DNA from: Octopus sinensis
Lineage: Eukaryota
NCBI RefSeq assembly: GCF_006345805.1
Contig: NC_042998.1
Location: 122,264,001 to 122,328,000, forward strand
Length of the DNA: 64,000 bases
Direction: 5' to 3'
Positions 51,223-62,605 of the stretch are shown here, piece after piece; position 1 is the stretch's first letter; the number at the start of each line of letters is the position of its first letter. The notes beneath the pieces were generated by a model. The model had not been told where the DNA came from. It saw nothing but the letters and a program-made list of their open reading frames with translations, and made no database searches. The position numbers and the translations under genes were made by a program.

Positions 51223-53702
51223 AAGAGAAAGAGTGAGAGAGAGAAAGAGTGAGAGAGAGATAGTGAGAGAAAGAAGGTGAGCAATTTATAATATAAATGC
51301 ACATTTTTAGTCTTGCTGTGAAAAGCAGATATGGTTAAACCATATATTTTTCCTTCAGTGGCAAAAAAAAAAGGAATGAACAAAGAGAAGAGACTGACTT
51401 CGATAGTTTTAGCATTTTTAACACTTCAACAGAGGTCAATTACTCATTTTTCTAACCATAGAGTGAATAGAACCTCTTTATAGTACTAAATTAGTCTGCT
51501 CAAATTTGCATACAATGTAATTACAGGTAATATGAATTAATTACTTAGAGAAGTGCTCCAAAATATTTTTGGATAAATGTATAAATTTGAGTTGTGTATT
51601 TACTAAAATCATACATTTTTAGTCTTGTGAAAACTAGGTACTGTGTTTGAGCCACATGTCTAATTTCTAAACATATTTGTAAAAAAACACTCAAAGTAAT
51701 TCTCCTTTATATATCTATTTATTCTAATGTTGTGTAGCACTTCTATTAATTAATTCACTTAGCCAATGGTTGCACAGTCCAGCAAATAAAAGCAACCAAT
51801 TTATAGTTTTATCTAAGTTTGTAAATACTATAAAAAAGCTATAAGCTAGTATATTTACTATGATGAGGAAAATGAATAACCATCCATTGGTAAAGTGGTA
51901 AAAAAACAGAAATCAGTAAGGTTGATTACTTTTGTCTTGTCATAAAACACAGCTAAACCACCATTTCTTCTGTTTACTGTGAGGTTAAAAATGTACTTAC
52001 TAAAAAAATATTCCACGAAACATTGTGTAATGTCCTCTCTCTCTCTCTTTATATATCTGTGTGTGGAGCTATCTCTCTCCCTCCCTTTCTCTTACTTTCT
52101 CTCCATATGCACATATAAATCTCTTTCTAGAAAGAAAGAGTGAGGGAGGGAGAGAGAGAGAGAGAGAGAGAGAGATGAGGTGTTTATAAATTTATAAATT
52201 TATTTCATTCGTACTTCAAAATCTTCAGACCTTTTGAAAAGATTTATCATAAAATTGCTTATATCCATACATTAAGTGGCTGACAATAAGAAGATAGATG
52301 GAAGAGGTAGATTCAATAAAAACTGGTTGATCAAGTTATGAAACTAAAACTTAAATTCTTTATTAGGCCAAATGCTAAAGGCAAATATAATGATTATATA
52401 TTTTGAATGTAAATGAGCATGAACAGTTTGGTTGATAGATAAACGGTGTAACTTATATTATTATTATTTCATCTGTTAATGTCTACAAGATTGCATGTAA
52501 ATGAGTAAATTTTGAAAGCATGGTATTATTTTTAAGAGCCTTATCTTTGGTCTTAATTTATGAGCAAAGATAGGTTTTAAAGAATGTGATCATAATAGGC
52601 TGAAGTGAAGTTATATATGATTAGTTTTGTTTAAGTGACAAAATAAAAGCTAATGAGATGAAATTGGAAAATGCCCTTTAATTTTCTTATGAATATTATT
52701 ATATTTGTTGAGCTGAGGGGGGAAGATGAAGAAAATAAATTAGGATAAAATATTAAAATTTGTATTCGTTGAATTAAAGGAGAAAAGGAAACTTTAGGTG
52801 TGGGAGAAATATTATTAAATTAGAGTATCTTTATTTAGTTTGAGAAGAAATATAGAAAAAGAAATAAAGAAGCTGAATGTCTATAAAAAATATTTATTAA
52901 TCATTGGGATATTAAAATTTAGTTGAAGTAATGAAAGTTATATGAGATGAGGAGGAAAACTTAAGCTGATAGAATAATATTAGGTATTATTTAATCACAC
53001 AAAATAGGGAGAAACCTGTAAAATGTCATCAGAATGTTATTAAGTATTATTAATGTTGTTTTGTCTATGCTAGTTTGGGAGCAAAAATAAGTTAATATAC
53101 AGGTAGCTAAACAATAGTATTCATTAAAATTAAAATAATGAAAAGACCTTTAGGTAATAAAAGAATGCTATTAAGTTTGTTTAGCCTTCCTTATTTCTGT
53201 TGGACTACAAAAAACAAAAAAAAAAAAACTTGGAATAAATAACCATATAAAGCAATTGATTAATCTAAAGGATATTAAAAAATAAAAATAAGGGAATACA
53301 ATGAAAAATTGTGAAAGAAATATACATATTTAAGTTAGTGAATTAAAGCAGAACAAAAGTATGAATTTTCTGATAACAGTTCTAAGAAAGGCTAATTATG
53401 TGGATGATAAGTTCTAGGAGAATTATGCATTGATGCATACAAAGATATGTATTTGTATACATCTAAAAACAACTGTCATGTGCAAGTATATCCAAGTATA
53501 TATGTGCATAACTATGAAGATATGCAATTGTTAAAAATGGGAAACAGTGTTTGAGTAAAAGAAGGAATATGAACTTTCAAAAATAATCTAAAAGCTAAAA
53601 AATAATTCTGTATATATATATTATGTGTAAAATGGTGTGGTATGCTTATATGTGTCATAAACATTTTCAGTAATGTAAATATCCATTAAAGAATCATATA
53701 TA

Positions 53703-53929
53703 CAGTACTGTGCAAAAGTCTTTGGCCATTTTAAACTATTGTAAGTTTCTACTAATTGCCAGCTTATAAATGGATGTTTCGAAATGTATAATGATTAGAT
53801 ATGGAAACGACTCCTACAGGGCCAATATTTCATCTGTTAAAAACACTATGCAGACCATCCACTTATAACTTAGTAATTAGTAGAAATTTACAATAGTTCA
53901 AAGTGGTCAAAGACTTTTGCATGGTATTG
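53703..53929. mobile_element. Tc1/mariner-type MITE, 227 bp, with about 75-bp imperfect TIRs
   Basis: TA lies at 53701-53702 and 53930-53931. The termini are CAGTACTGTGCAAAAGTCTTTG and CAAAGACTTTTGCATGGTATTG. A TA TSD with CAGT... ends is the Tc1 signature. Confidence 0.85.
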
Positions 53930-54055
53930 TATATATAATATATATATATATATATATGTATATAATATTATTAGAGACAAAACCACTATTTTGCAAAACA
54001 AACAAGGAAAGACTTAATCAATACATAAAATTTTAATAAAAAGTCAAAAAAACCG

Positions 54056-54098
54056 CCACTACAATTGTTTCTTGTCCTGATCGACAATCTTCAGGTGG
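54056..54098 (-). ncRNA. Minimal type I hammerhead (H8a, mirror copy)
   Basis: It is the exact reverse complement of 54169-54211. Confidence 0.8.
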
Positions 54099-54168
54099 AC
54101 TTCCAATTTTCAAGTCAGTTTCAAATAATGAAACTGACTTATTTGAAACTGACTTGAAAATTGGAAGT

Positions 54169-54211
54169 CCACCTGAAGATTGTCGATCAGGACAAGAAAC
54201 AATTGTAGTGG
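54169..54211 (+). ncRNA. Minimal type I hammerhead (H8b)
   Basis: CCAC-CTGAAGA-TTGTC GATCAG GACAA-GAAA-CAATTG-TA/GTGG. The core is canonical, the stems are perfect, stem III is the palindrome ACAATTGT, and the predicted cut is after A54207. Confidence 0.85.
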
Positions 54212-54368
54212 CGGTTTTTTTGACTTTTTATTAAAATTTTATGTATTGATTAAGTCTTTCCTTGTTTGTTTTGCAAAATAGTGGTTTTGTCTCTAATAAT
54301 ATTATATAATATTTTACTATAAAATTGGATTTAATCCTAAATCTGATTTTTTCCCTGTAAATTTGGAT

Positions 54369-54545
54369 TATTCCCTAATATTATTATATATATGTATATA
54401 TATATTATATATGTATATATATATATATGTATATATGTTATATATATATAATATATGTATATTAATATATAGTATATATATATATATAATGTATATATAT
54501 ATATATATATTATGTATATATATATATGTATATAATATATATATG

Positions 54546-54594
<49 letters not shown>

Positions 54595-54660
54595 GTATAT
54601 GTATATATGTATAATATATATATGTATATATATGTATATATGTATATATATGTATATATG

Positions 54661-54691
<31 letters not shown>

Positions 54692-54694
54692 GTA
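54369..54694. repeat. (TA)n/(TATG)n microsatellite
   Basis: Read directly. Confidence 0.95.
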
Positions 54695-54972
54695 TATAAT
54701 TAATTAATAAGGGTGAGAGAATTAGATACTAATTTAATAGTATATTTATTCAACACCAAGTGGCCTAGTGCTACGAGAAACCTGGATTATTATAATATTT
54801 TATAACATATTATAATATTTTTACAAAATAAATATAAGAGAGTGGTCAATATATTGCTCACTCTAGCACCAGTTAATCCAAAAGGTTTCAACCACGAAGA
54901 TACATGTTTCCCATGAAAGCCAGTACGACTGTTAGCTCACACGGACAGGGCAAGTAAAAAATAACAAAAATA

Positions 54973-55068
54973 CAGATTATTTTGGGACAATTGTTTCGCT
55001 ATTAATGAATTAAATGTAATATTACTTACAAAAAAATCCATTTGTAGCTCGTCAGCCAAGACTATCTG
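54973..55068 (-). ncRNA. Canonical type I hammerhead with extended stems I and II (H9a)
   Basis: The minus strand reads CAGATAGTCTTGG-CTGACGA-GCTA[CA AATGGATT...AATTCATT AA]TAGC-GAAA-CAATTG-TC/CCAAAATAATCTG. The triplet is GUC and the cut is predicted between 54986 and 54985. Confidence 0.85.
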
Positions 55069-55507
55069 GATGAAATCCACTCAATCACACGCCAGATTTT
55101 ACCATAACGATAAATACGCGTGTGGTTCAATTGATTACATCCGACGTTATAATTCAAATGCCCCAACCAACAGCGCGCCAAACTTTCATGGAAAACAAAT
55201 ACAGCATTTAGAAATAAATGCAGCATAATTATAATTAATTAATAAGGGTGAGAGAATTAGATACTAATTTAATAGTATATTTATTCAACACCAAGTGGCC
55301 TAGTGCTACGAGAAACCTGGATTATTATAATATTTTATAACATATTATAATATTTTTACAAAATAAATATAAGAGAGTGGTCAATATATTGCTCACTCTA
55401 GCACCAGTTAATCCAAAAGGTTTCAACCACGAAGATACATGTTTCCCATGAAAGCCAGTACGACTGTTAGCTCACACGGACAGGGCAAGTAAAAAATAAC
55501 AAAAATA

Positions 55508-55603
55508 CAGATTATTTTGGGACAATTGTTTCGCTATTAATGAATTAAATGTAATATTACTTACAAAAAAATCCATTTGTAGCTCGTCAGCCAAGACTAT
55601 CTG
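55508..55603 (-). ncRNA. Second identical copy of the hammerhead (H9b)
   Basis: It is identical to H9a shifted by +535, with the cut predicted between 55521 and 55520. Confidence 0.85.
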
Positions 55604-55861
55604 GATGAAATCCACTCAATCACATGCCAGATTTTACCATTACAAATGGATTTTTTTGTAAGTAATATTACATTTAATTCATTAATAGCGAAACAATTGT
55701 CCCAAAATAATCTGTATTTTTGTTATTTTTTACTTGCCCTGTCCGTGTGAGCTAACAGTCGTACTGGCTTTCATGGGAAACATGTATCTTCGTGGTTGAA
55801 ACCTTTTGGATTAACTGGTGCTAGAGTGAGCAATATATTGACCACTCTCTTATATTTATTT

Positions 55862-56013
55862 ATTTATATATGTATATATAATATATGTATATATATATAT
55901 ATGTATATATATATATGTATATATATGTATATATGTATATATATGTATATATGTATATATATATATATGTATATATGTATATATATATATATGTATATAT
56001 ATATGTATATATG

Positions 56014-56058
<45 letters not shown>

Positions 56059-56125
56059 GTATATATATATGTATATATATATATGTATATATATATGTAT
56101 ATATATATATGTATATATATATATG

Positions 56126-56174
<49 letters not shown>

Positions 56175-56277
56175 ACCAACCAGACCATCAGATGTTGCTA
56201 CGCATCGCTGGTCACAATGCGTTCGCATTGTTTTAGCCTTCGAATGACGCCACCATGCTGGCTAAGTGAGCAGGCCA

Positions 56278-56312
<35 letters not shown>

Positions 56313-56318
56313 TGTATA

Positions 56319-56384
<66 letters not shown>

Positions 56385-56399
56385 GCATATATATATATA

Positions 56400-56439
<40 letters not shown>

Positions 56440-56620
56440 GCATATATATATATATGCATATATATAATATATATATATATATATGCATATATATATATAT
56501 ATGCATATATATAATATAATATATATATATGCATATATATATATATATATGTATATATATATTTGCATATATATATATATATGCATATATATAATATATA
56601 TATATATATGTATATATATA

Positions 56621-56679
<59 letters not shown>

Positions 56680-56699
56680 GCATATATATATATATATGC

Positions 56700-56731
<32 letters not shown>

Positions 56732-56781
56732 GCATATATATATATATTATATATATATATATATGTATATATATATTATGC

Positions 56782-56823
<42 letters not shown>

Positions 56824-56890
56824 ATATATATAATGTATATATATATACGCATATATATATATATGTATATATATATATATGCATATATAT

Positions 56891-56942
<52 letters not shown>

Positions 56943-56987
56943 ATGTATATATATATATGCATATATATATATATATATATATATGTA
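55862..56987. repeat. Long (TA)n/(TATG)n/(TGCA) microsatellite interrupted by a SINE-tail fragment at 56168-56278
   Basis: Read directly. Confidence 0.95.
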
Positions 56988-58775
56988 TACTCTGACAGAT
57001 TTCCTGCCAATACCTATTTGCACAGTTTCTGGCAATCAGTTGGGTTTTACTTCTTCCGTTTCTGAGTTCTTCTAGTGACTTTGTAGAAGAATCACTTTTG
57101 TATTGCATCAGAGCTGTGTGCTTTGCTTCGATAACTGGTTCCAGCTCTGAGAGTCCAGCACTGAACCAATCTGTGTTTTGCTTCTCTCTCATGCCGAAAG
57201 TATCTATTGATGTGGTGTACAAAGCTTCCCTGATATAATTCCACCTATTTTCAGCAGAGGAGGTTGGGCAGTTACTGAGGGCAACCTTGATAGAAACAGC
57301 AAAACATTTACGCAGTGTAGGGTACAAGATTCTGGCAGTGTTAATGCGTGGTCGGCCAATTTTCTTGGAGTGATGGACATTTTTAGGCAGAATCCTCACC
57401 TTGCTTCTTATTAGTGAATGATCTGTGTCACAATCCGCGCTATGGTAACTACAGGTTAGTTGAACAAAATTCAGAAAGGATCTTCGTTTAATGATGAGAT
57501 CCAACTGATGCTAGTGGTGAGATCTTGGATGTCTCCAAGATGCCTTGTGGGATGGCTTGTTGGCAAAGAATGTGTTGGTGATGCACAGGTTATGGTGTAA
57601 AATTCAAGTAGTCTCAGACCATTGTCATTCATGTTGCCAATACCAAAGTATCCAACACAAATGGGCCATGAATCATGGTTAGATCCCACACGAGCGTTAA
57701 AATCCCCTAGAAGGTAGATGTTTTCATTGGTTGGTATGTTTCTAATGACACAGTTGAGATCTTTGTAGAACTGGTCCTTGGTCTCCTCTGAGTTGTAGAG
57801 AGTGGGAGCATAGATGCTCAGTAGATATACTGAGCCAGTAGAGGTCGAGAAGCGCTGTGAGAGGATATGCTCAGTGTCTCCTGATGGTGGTTCTATTAAG
57901 GAAAGTAATGAGTTTCTCACTGCAAAGCCAACTCCATGCTGATGAGGTTCTTCTGGATCACTTCCCTGCCAAAAGAAGGTGAAATCCTGTTCTTTGACTT
58001 TGCCGTTTGAGGGAAGTCTTACTTCCTGCAGTCCAGCAGTGTCTATGTTAAGCCTCTTCAGTTCACGGTCAATGATGGCCGTCTTTCTTGTGTCTTCAAC
58101 TCTGAGTAGATCATCAGATATGCCAGGGCACATGGTCCTGACATTCCAGCTTGCTAACTGCAGGACTGGTGGTTTCTTGTCTTTTAGTTGTTTGCCTGGT
58201 GCAGAGGTTTCAGGCCATTTTTCAAGTCAAACTCTTAACTCCAAGCACCCAATGAAGCAGGCGGCCTGTGGTGGGTCAGTACCTTATTAACCGGGGGCTG
58301 CCCAGCTTGAGGTGTGCAGTAGCTAACCAATGAGACACGGGGGTCTCTCCCACCATCAGAGGTAACCTGTAGTGCCCATATCTTACACCAATCTGAATGG
58401 ACTTATCACTCATGACTGCTACCTCCTGTGTTTTTTCTGCCACTTTTTACAGCAGCACTGAAGTGTCCTCTCCAGTTTTGCACAGGCTTAGGCTAGAAAT
58501 AAGAAAATCCTGGGTAGCCCAATCGTCAAGATTCCTTTCTTGACCTTACTGACATAGTCCAAAGGAGTGCAGAGCATTATGTTTGGCACCAGCTTGGTTG
58601 CAGGAGCTGCCGGAAGAGTGTCAAGTCGAACATTAAACCACCTTTGGGGCTCCACACCGGATTTCTTTGAAGGTAGTCTCCTTTCCGTAACCCTGGATAG
58701 GGGCCCATATCGGGTACTGTCATCTGGAGCCAGCTGAGCCCGGGACTCGTGTCAGGCAGGGTCGTCACTCCCTGA
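56988..58775 (-). mobile_element. 5' half of an RTE/BovB-like LINE: 5'UTR plus disrupted apurinic-endonuclease (APE) ORF, 3'-truncated at the microsatellite
   Basis: APE motifs are LASWNVRTM, GLQEVR, HGVGFAV, SIYAPT, LLGDFNARVG, LDLII and CDTDHSL. There is a frameshift near 57597 and an in-frame TAG at 57511-57513. No RT domain is present. Confidence 0.92.
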
Positions 58776-59400
58776 AGTAGTGAAGAAAATTGCTACTCAC
58801 TACCCATGTTAGTTATACCTACAGTATAACTAACTTAATAAACCATGCAATGAGGTTTAAAAGTTCAACGAACTTTTAAATCAAATTCTCTTTCACCAAG
58901 AATATTTATGACATTTTAGACACTTCTTAGCCATTAAATATATGAATAAATAAAATAATATTACAGTTTCGTTGACCTTTAGTGTAACTAGTTTAACATC
59001 TTACATATTTTAGTTCCAATCTCTGTCTTCTCCTTTCTCTACTTATCTGTAGTGCTCTACGTAGCATAGCTAATCCTACCATCCCCTTTTACTGCTTGAA
59101 TTATATGTGTACCTGCTTTACATTTCATTATGATTCTACACTCACTAGTATTTATTTAGATAATACTTGTACATACTTTTCTGTTGATGTATATCTATCG
59201 TTCGACATTTACGTATATATCTATATCAAATGTATCTTTAAGTGAAGTGTACTTTTATATAAATTTATATGTGCTTATATATATTAATGCTTATATATAT
59301 TAACATGTACTTATGGATAAATATATCCTTTTGCACACATTTTATATTTATTCAGACCTTGTTCCTATATCTTCATATATTGCACATAGATATATATTTC

Positions 59401-59620
59401 TTTACTACCCAGAAGGGGCTAAACATAGAGGGGACAAACAAGGACAGACGAAGGGATTGAGTTGATTATATCGCCCCCAGTGCGAAACTGGTACTTTATT
59501 TATCGACCCCGAAAGGACGAAAGGCAAAGTTGACCTCGGCGGAATTTGAACTCAGAACATAACGACAGACGAAATACCGCCAAGCATTTTGCCCGGCGCG
59601 CTAACGTTTCTGCCAGCTCG
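59401..59620 (-). mobile_element. SINE family B, CpG-rich and young-looking
   Basis: The reverse complement matches 22508-22720, including the central GCCTTTCGTCCTTTCGGGGTCGATAAATAAAGTACCAG block. Confidence 0.9.
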
Positions 59621-62251
59621 ATACGCTCATAGGCGTTTTGTTAGATGCACACAAATATGTTTTTACATCTATGCATGAATAATTCTTGTTATTGCTACCT
59701 GCATAATTTTTCTTTCTCAGTCATGTCCTATCTTGTAACTGCTCGCAGGAATTTCATACATGATTTCTAAATGGCTTGCCTAATGGAAAATTATCTAAAC
59801 ATTTTTAGTCGTGATGATGAGCCATGTGTCATGCAGCCAGCTTCTCAAAAAAGGTTGCCCATGCTTGTTTTACATCTTTGTAGTGTGACCATTCTCCAAC
59901 CCATACAACTAAGAAAGTTCTCAGTCTGCTGCTAGAAGCTGTATGACAGCAGACATTTCTAATATAGTCAAATAGAGTTCATAGGGAATCACTCAATACT
60001 AATGATTCGTCACATGAGCAACTATCAATGCTTCAAATTCTATTATAATGACTTTGACTTAAGGCAGGGAGAGAATTCTGGAGGAAGAATTGTTGGAAAG
60101 AGCTTAATATGAAGGCTTAGTTCTGGTTGCTGCAGCTATTGCTGTGTGGCTTCCAGTCTGTTTTAATCAACCAATCCAATGACTTGCATGTAGGTTGAAT
60201 AACTTAGTGCAATCCACAGAGCTACTATTCTAGATATACTATATATCCATGTAGCTGATGGACATAACACTACCGAGCTGAAAGATCAGAACTCATTCTG
60301 ATTGGTATTCAGTGGTTAATTATTTGTGATGCACTGTTACAGTCTTCACAGTAAGTTCTGGTTGTTTTTCTGCTGGTATCAAGCAGAGTGTATTCGTTCA
60401 GTTTGCAGCAACTGCTGTTTTTTAACTCATAAATCTAATTGTCCCTTTGATATAATAGTAATATTATATTGATATGATATCCCTTTGATATAATAGTAAT
60501 TATGTCTTTCTGATGTTAAGGGCGATGTGGTTATGTTCCAAGTGAAGAATATTTTCGAGGTCTATGTTCAAGAAAGCAGGTGAAATTTGGAAGGAAGTGG
60601 CTAAATTGTATGTGGATAATGCATGTACACTGGTTAGGTGTAGAAAGTAGTGGTATAATTTGTGAAAGTGTGTGTGTGTGTGCTTAACAGAAATATCAAG
60701 AGTATTGCACTGAGTTACAAGTGGGAGTGTCACTTGAAAAGTACTCCTTTGATGGATGCTGCTTTTGAGCTGTGAGAAAATAAGCTTCTAACTGAAAAAA
60801 AAAAAACATTACACAATATGGAACTTATTAGCAAGAAACATAGCTAAGAAATTCCCATGCTAGATGCAATAGTATTTTCTAATGTTAGGGTCAACAGAAT
60901 TGCTTTCTAAAGTACAAGCATGACTATGTGGTTAAGAAGTTCACTTTACAACTATGTGGTTTCAGATTCAATGCCATTGTGTAAGTGTTTTGAGTGGTTG
61001 GTGAAAACTGTTCATACCCATCAGAAGGATTGATCCTGTTCTTGGAAATTTATTAGTTGCTCAGTTTAACAACACCATCTGGCAACTTGGGTGCTTTAAA
61101 TGGAAATCCTTCTATTGAATGTATTCAGACCAAGTCTCCAGTTTGAAGGTAATTTCCTTACTTCCTATCCCTTGGTACATAAGTCTTGATAAGGGCAATG
61201 AGCAACTGCTCTGGTTTTGACTTAGGTATTTATAAAACAAAAGTTCTGAAGTCCAGAAGAATGCTGGTTGTGATGTAAAAGAATAAGTGTCCATTTGTTC
61301 TGTCTCATGGAAAATGAACTTGTTGTTTATGGCTCTATTACATTTGAGATGTTGTTTAATATCAACCTTAACTGAACAGATTTATGATGAAAAGTTTTCC
61401 AGCTGTGAACATCCTGTCTTTTGTTAAGACTGCAGAGGAAGGATCTTAAGCTTTTACTTTCAGAGTACCCTTTCATATCTAGGAGTGTTGGCATACCCTG
61501 TGTGAAAAATGTAGTATAAAACGGATGTATAGCTTTAATTAAGCTATATGTAAAATAAGAGACAGTGATTTGGTGAACTGTTGCTTATTGTGTGTCAAAC
61601 ATTTACAAATGTGATCCACCCCTAAAGTGATTTGCCTCACTGGAAGTGCCTTTTCTGCCAACTGGTCTGTAGTAAAAATCCTTGTCCACAGTTCATCTTT
61701 TATCCTACAGATGGGATAGGTAATAGAAATGCATTATTTGTCATTAATAAAATTAAATTTGATTCCAAAGAGTTCTAATTTCTACTAGAATCAACTTTGT
61801 GTTTCATCCTTCTGGAATTGATAAAATAAGTCCTAGTCAAGTACTTGAATTGTTATAATTAACTGTTTCTCTCCAGCAAAATTTTTGGACTTGTACCGAT
61901 GCCCCATAGCAATTTCTCCTAATTTTATTGTTACAGTTTCAGAGAAGCACATTTGCATGTCATTCTCATATGGTAGCCTTGCACTTGTTCACAATTATAA
62001 GTGCATGGGTATGGCAAAAGGCTGTTTACACGTTGTCTGGTTGCATGAATTATTTTTAGTTTGACTGCTTTTACAAGCTTACATTCCCTCAAAAGTTTTC
62101 CTCCATACACCTAAATTATGTGTTTGAGAAACTTTGCTATAGAAGAAAATTTGGTTATTATTTCATGCTAGTTATGTTAGTATATAGAAGTTTGCATCAT
62201 GAATAAAGGTGAGAGTAATTAAGCCAGAGATTTGCCTTATTTTAAAAATCT

Positions 62252-62605
62252 TTTATCTTTGACTTGTCTCAGTCAGTAAACTGCGACTATGCTGGGGCAC
62301 TGCCTTGAATAATTTTAGTTGAAGGAATCAAGCCTAGTAATTAGTCTTTTTTAAGCCAGATGCTTATTCTATTTGTTTCTTTTGTTGGACTGCTAAGTTA
62401 CAGGGGCATAATCACACCAACACACACACGCTCGCACACACACACACACACACAAAATGGGCTTCTTTCAGTTTCTACCAAATTCACTCACAAGGCTTTG
62501 GTTGGCCTGAGGCTTATAGTTGAAGGAACTTTCTCAAGGGGCTTAGCAGTAGGATTGAATCCCAAACAATCTGGTTGGGAAGAAAACTTCTTATCACATA
62601 GTCAA
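62252..62605 (-). mobile_element. SINE family A with internal (CA)n
   Basis: The reverse complement shows a tail (GGCAGTGCCCCAGCATAGTCGCAG...GACTGAGACAAG) and a family A head. Confidence 0.8.

Larger units (their letters stand above)
53959..54308. mobile_element. Perfect palindrome (170-bp arms, 10-nt spacer) of a hammerhead-bearing, probably PLE terminal repeat
   Basis: 53959-54128 is the exact reverse complement of 54139-54308 as far as I can read. The spacer is TGAAACTGAC. Confidence 0.92.
54695..55861. mobile_element. Young tandem plus inverted repeat with a 535-bp period carrying hammerheads (PLE-pLTR or retrozyme-like)
   Basis: Copy 1 is 54695-55229 and copy 2 is 55230-55640, identical except C55090/T55625. 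55641-55861 is the reverse complement of 55361-55581 (221 bp, 59-bp spacer). Confidence 0.92.

Noticed and set aside
52178-52232. Minus-strand AGGT-CTGAAGA...GAAA-TAAATTTATAAATTTA...ACCT
   Set aside because: Stem II is weak, three extra bases separate the cut triplet from stem I, and the palindrome is pure AT. It could be a decayed HHR but chance cannot be excluded.
52240-53400. AT-rich non-repetitive stretch that may be an ancient PLE RT
   Set aside because: No convincing motif could be translated in any frame.
54695-55861. CRISPR-like or prokaryotic system
   Set aside because: There is no short repeat-spacer array, no operon and no cas-like ORF. The whole window is animal repeat DNA.
58570-58770. 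Possible HDV-like ribozyme in the RTE 5'UTR (GGGAGTG/CACTCTT, CAGC/GCTG, GCCAA)
   Set aside because: Some RTEs do carry HDV-like ribozymes, but I could not assemble a consistent P2, P3, L3 and P1.1 by hand. An Infernal search would decide.
60330-60420. Minus-strand SRKTTRTYCEDCNS resembling a piggyBac C-terminal Cys-rich domain
   Set aside because: It is too short, and there is no transposase core or TIR nearby.
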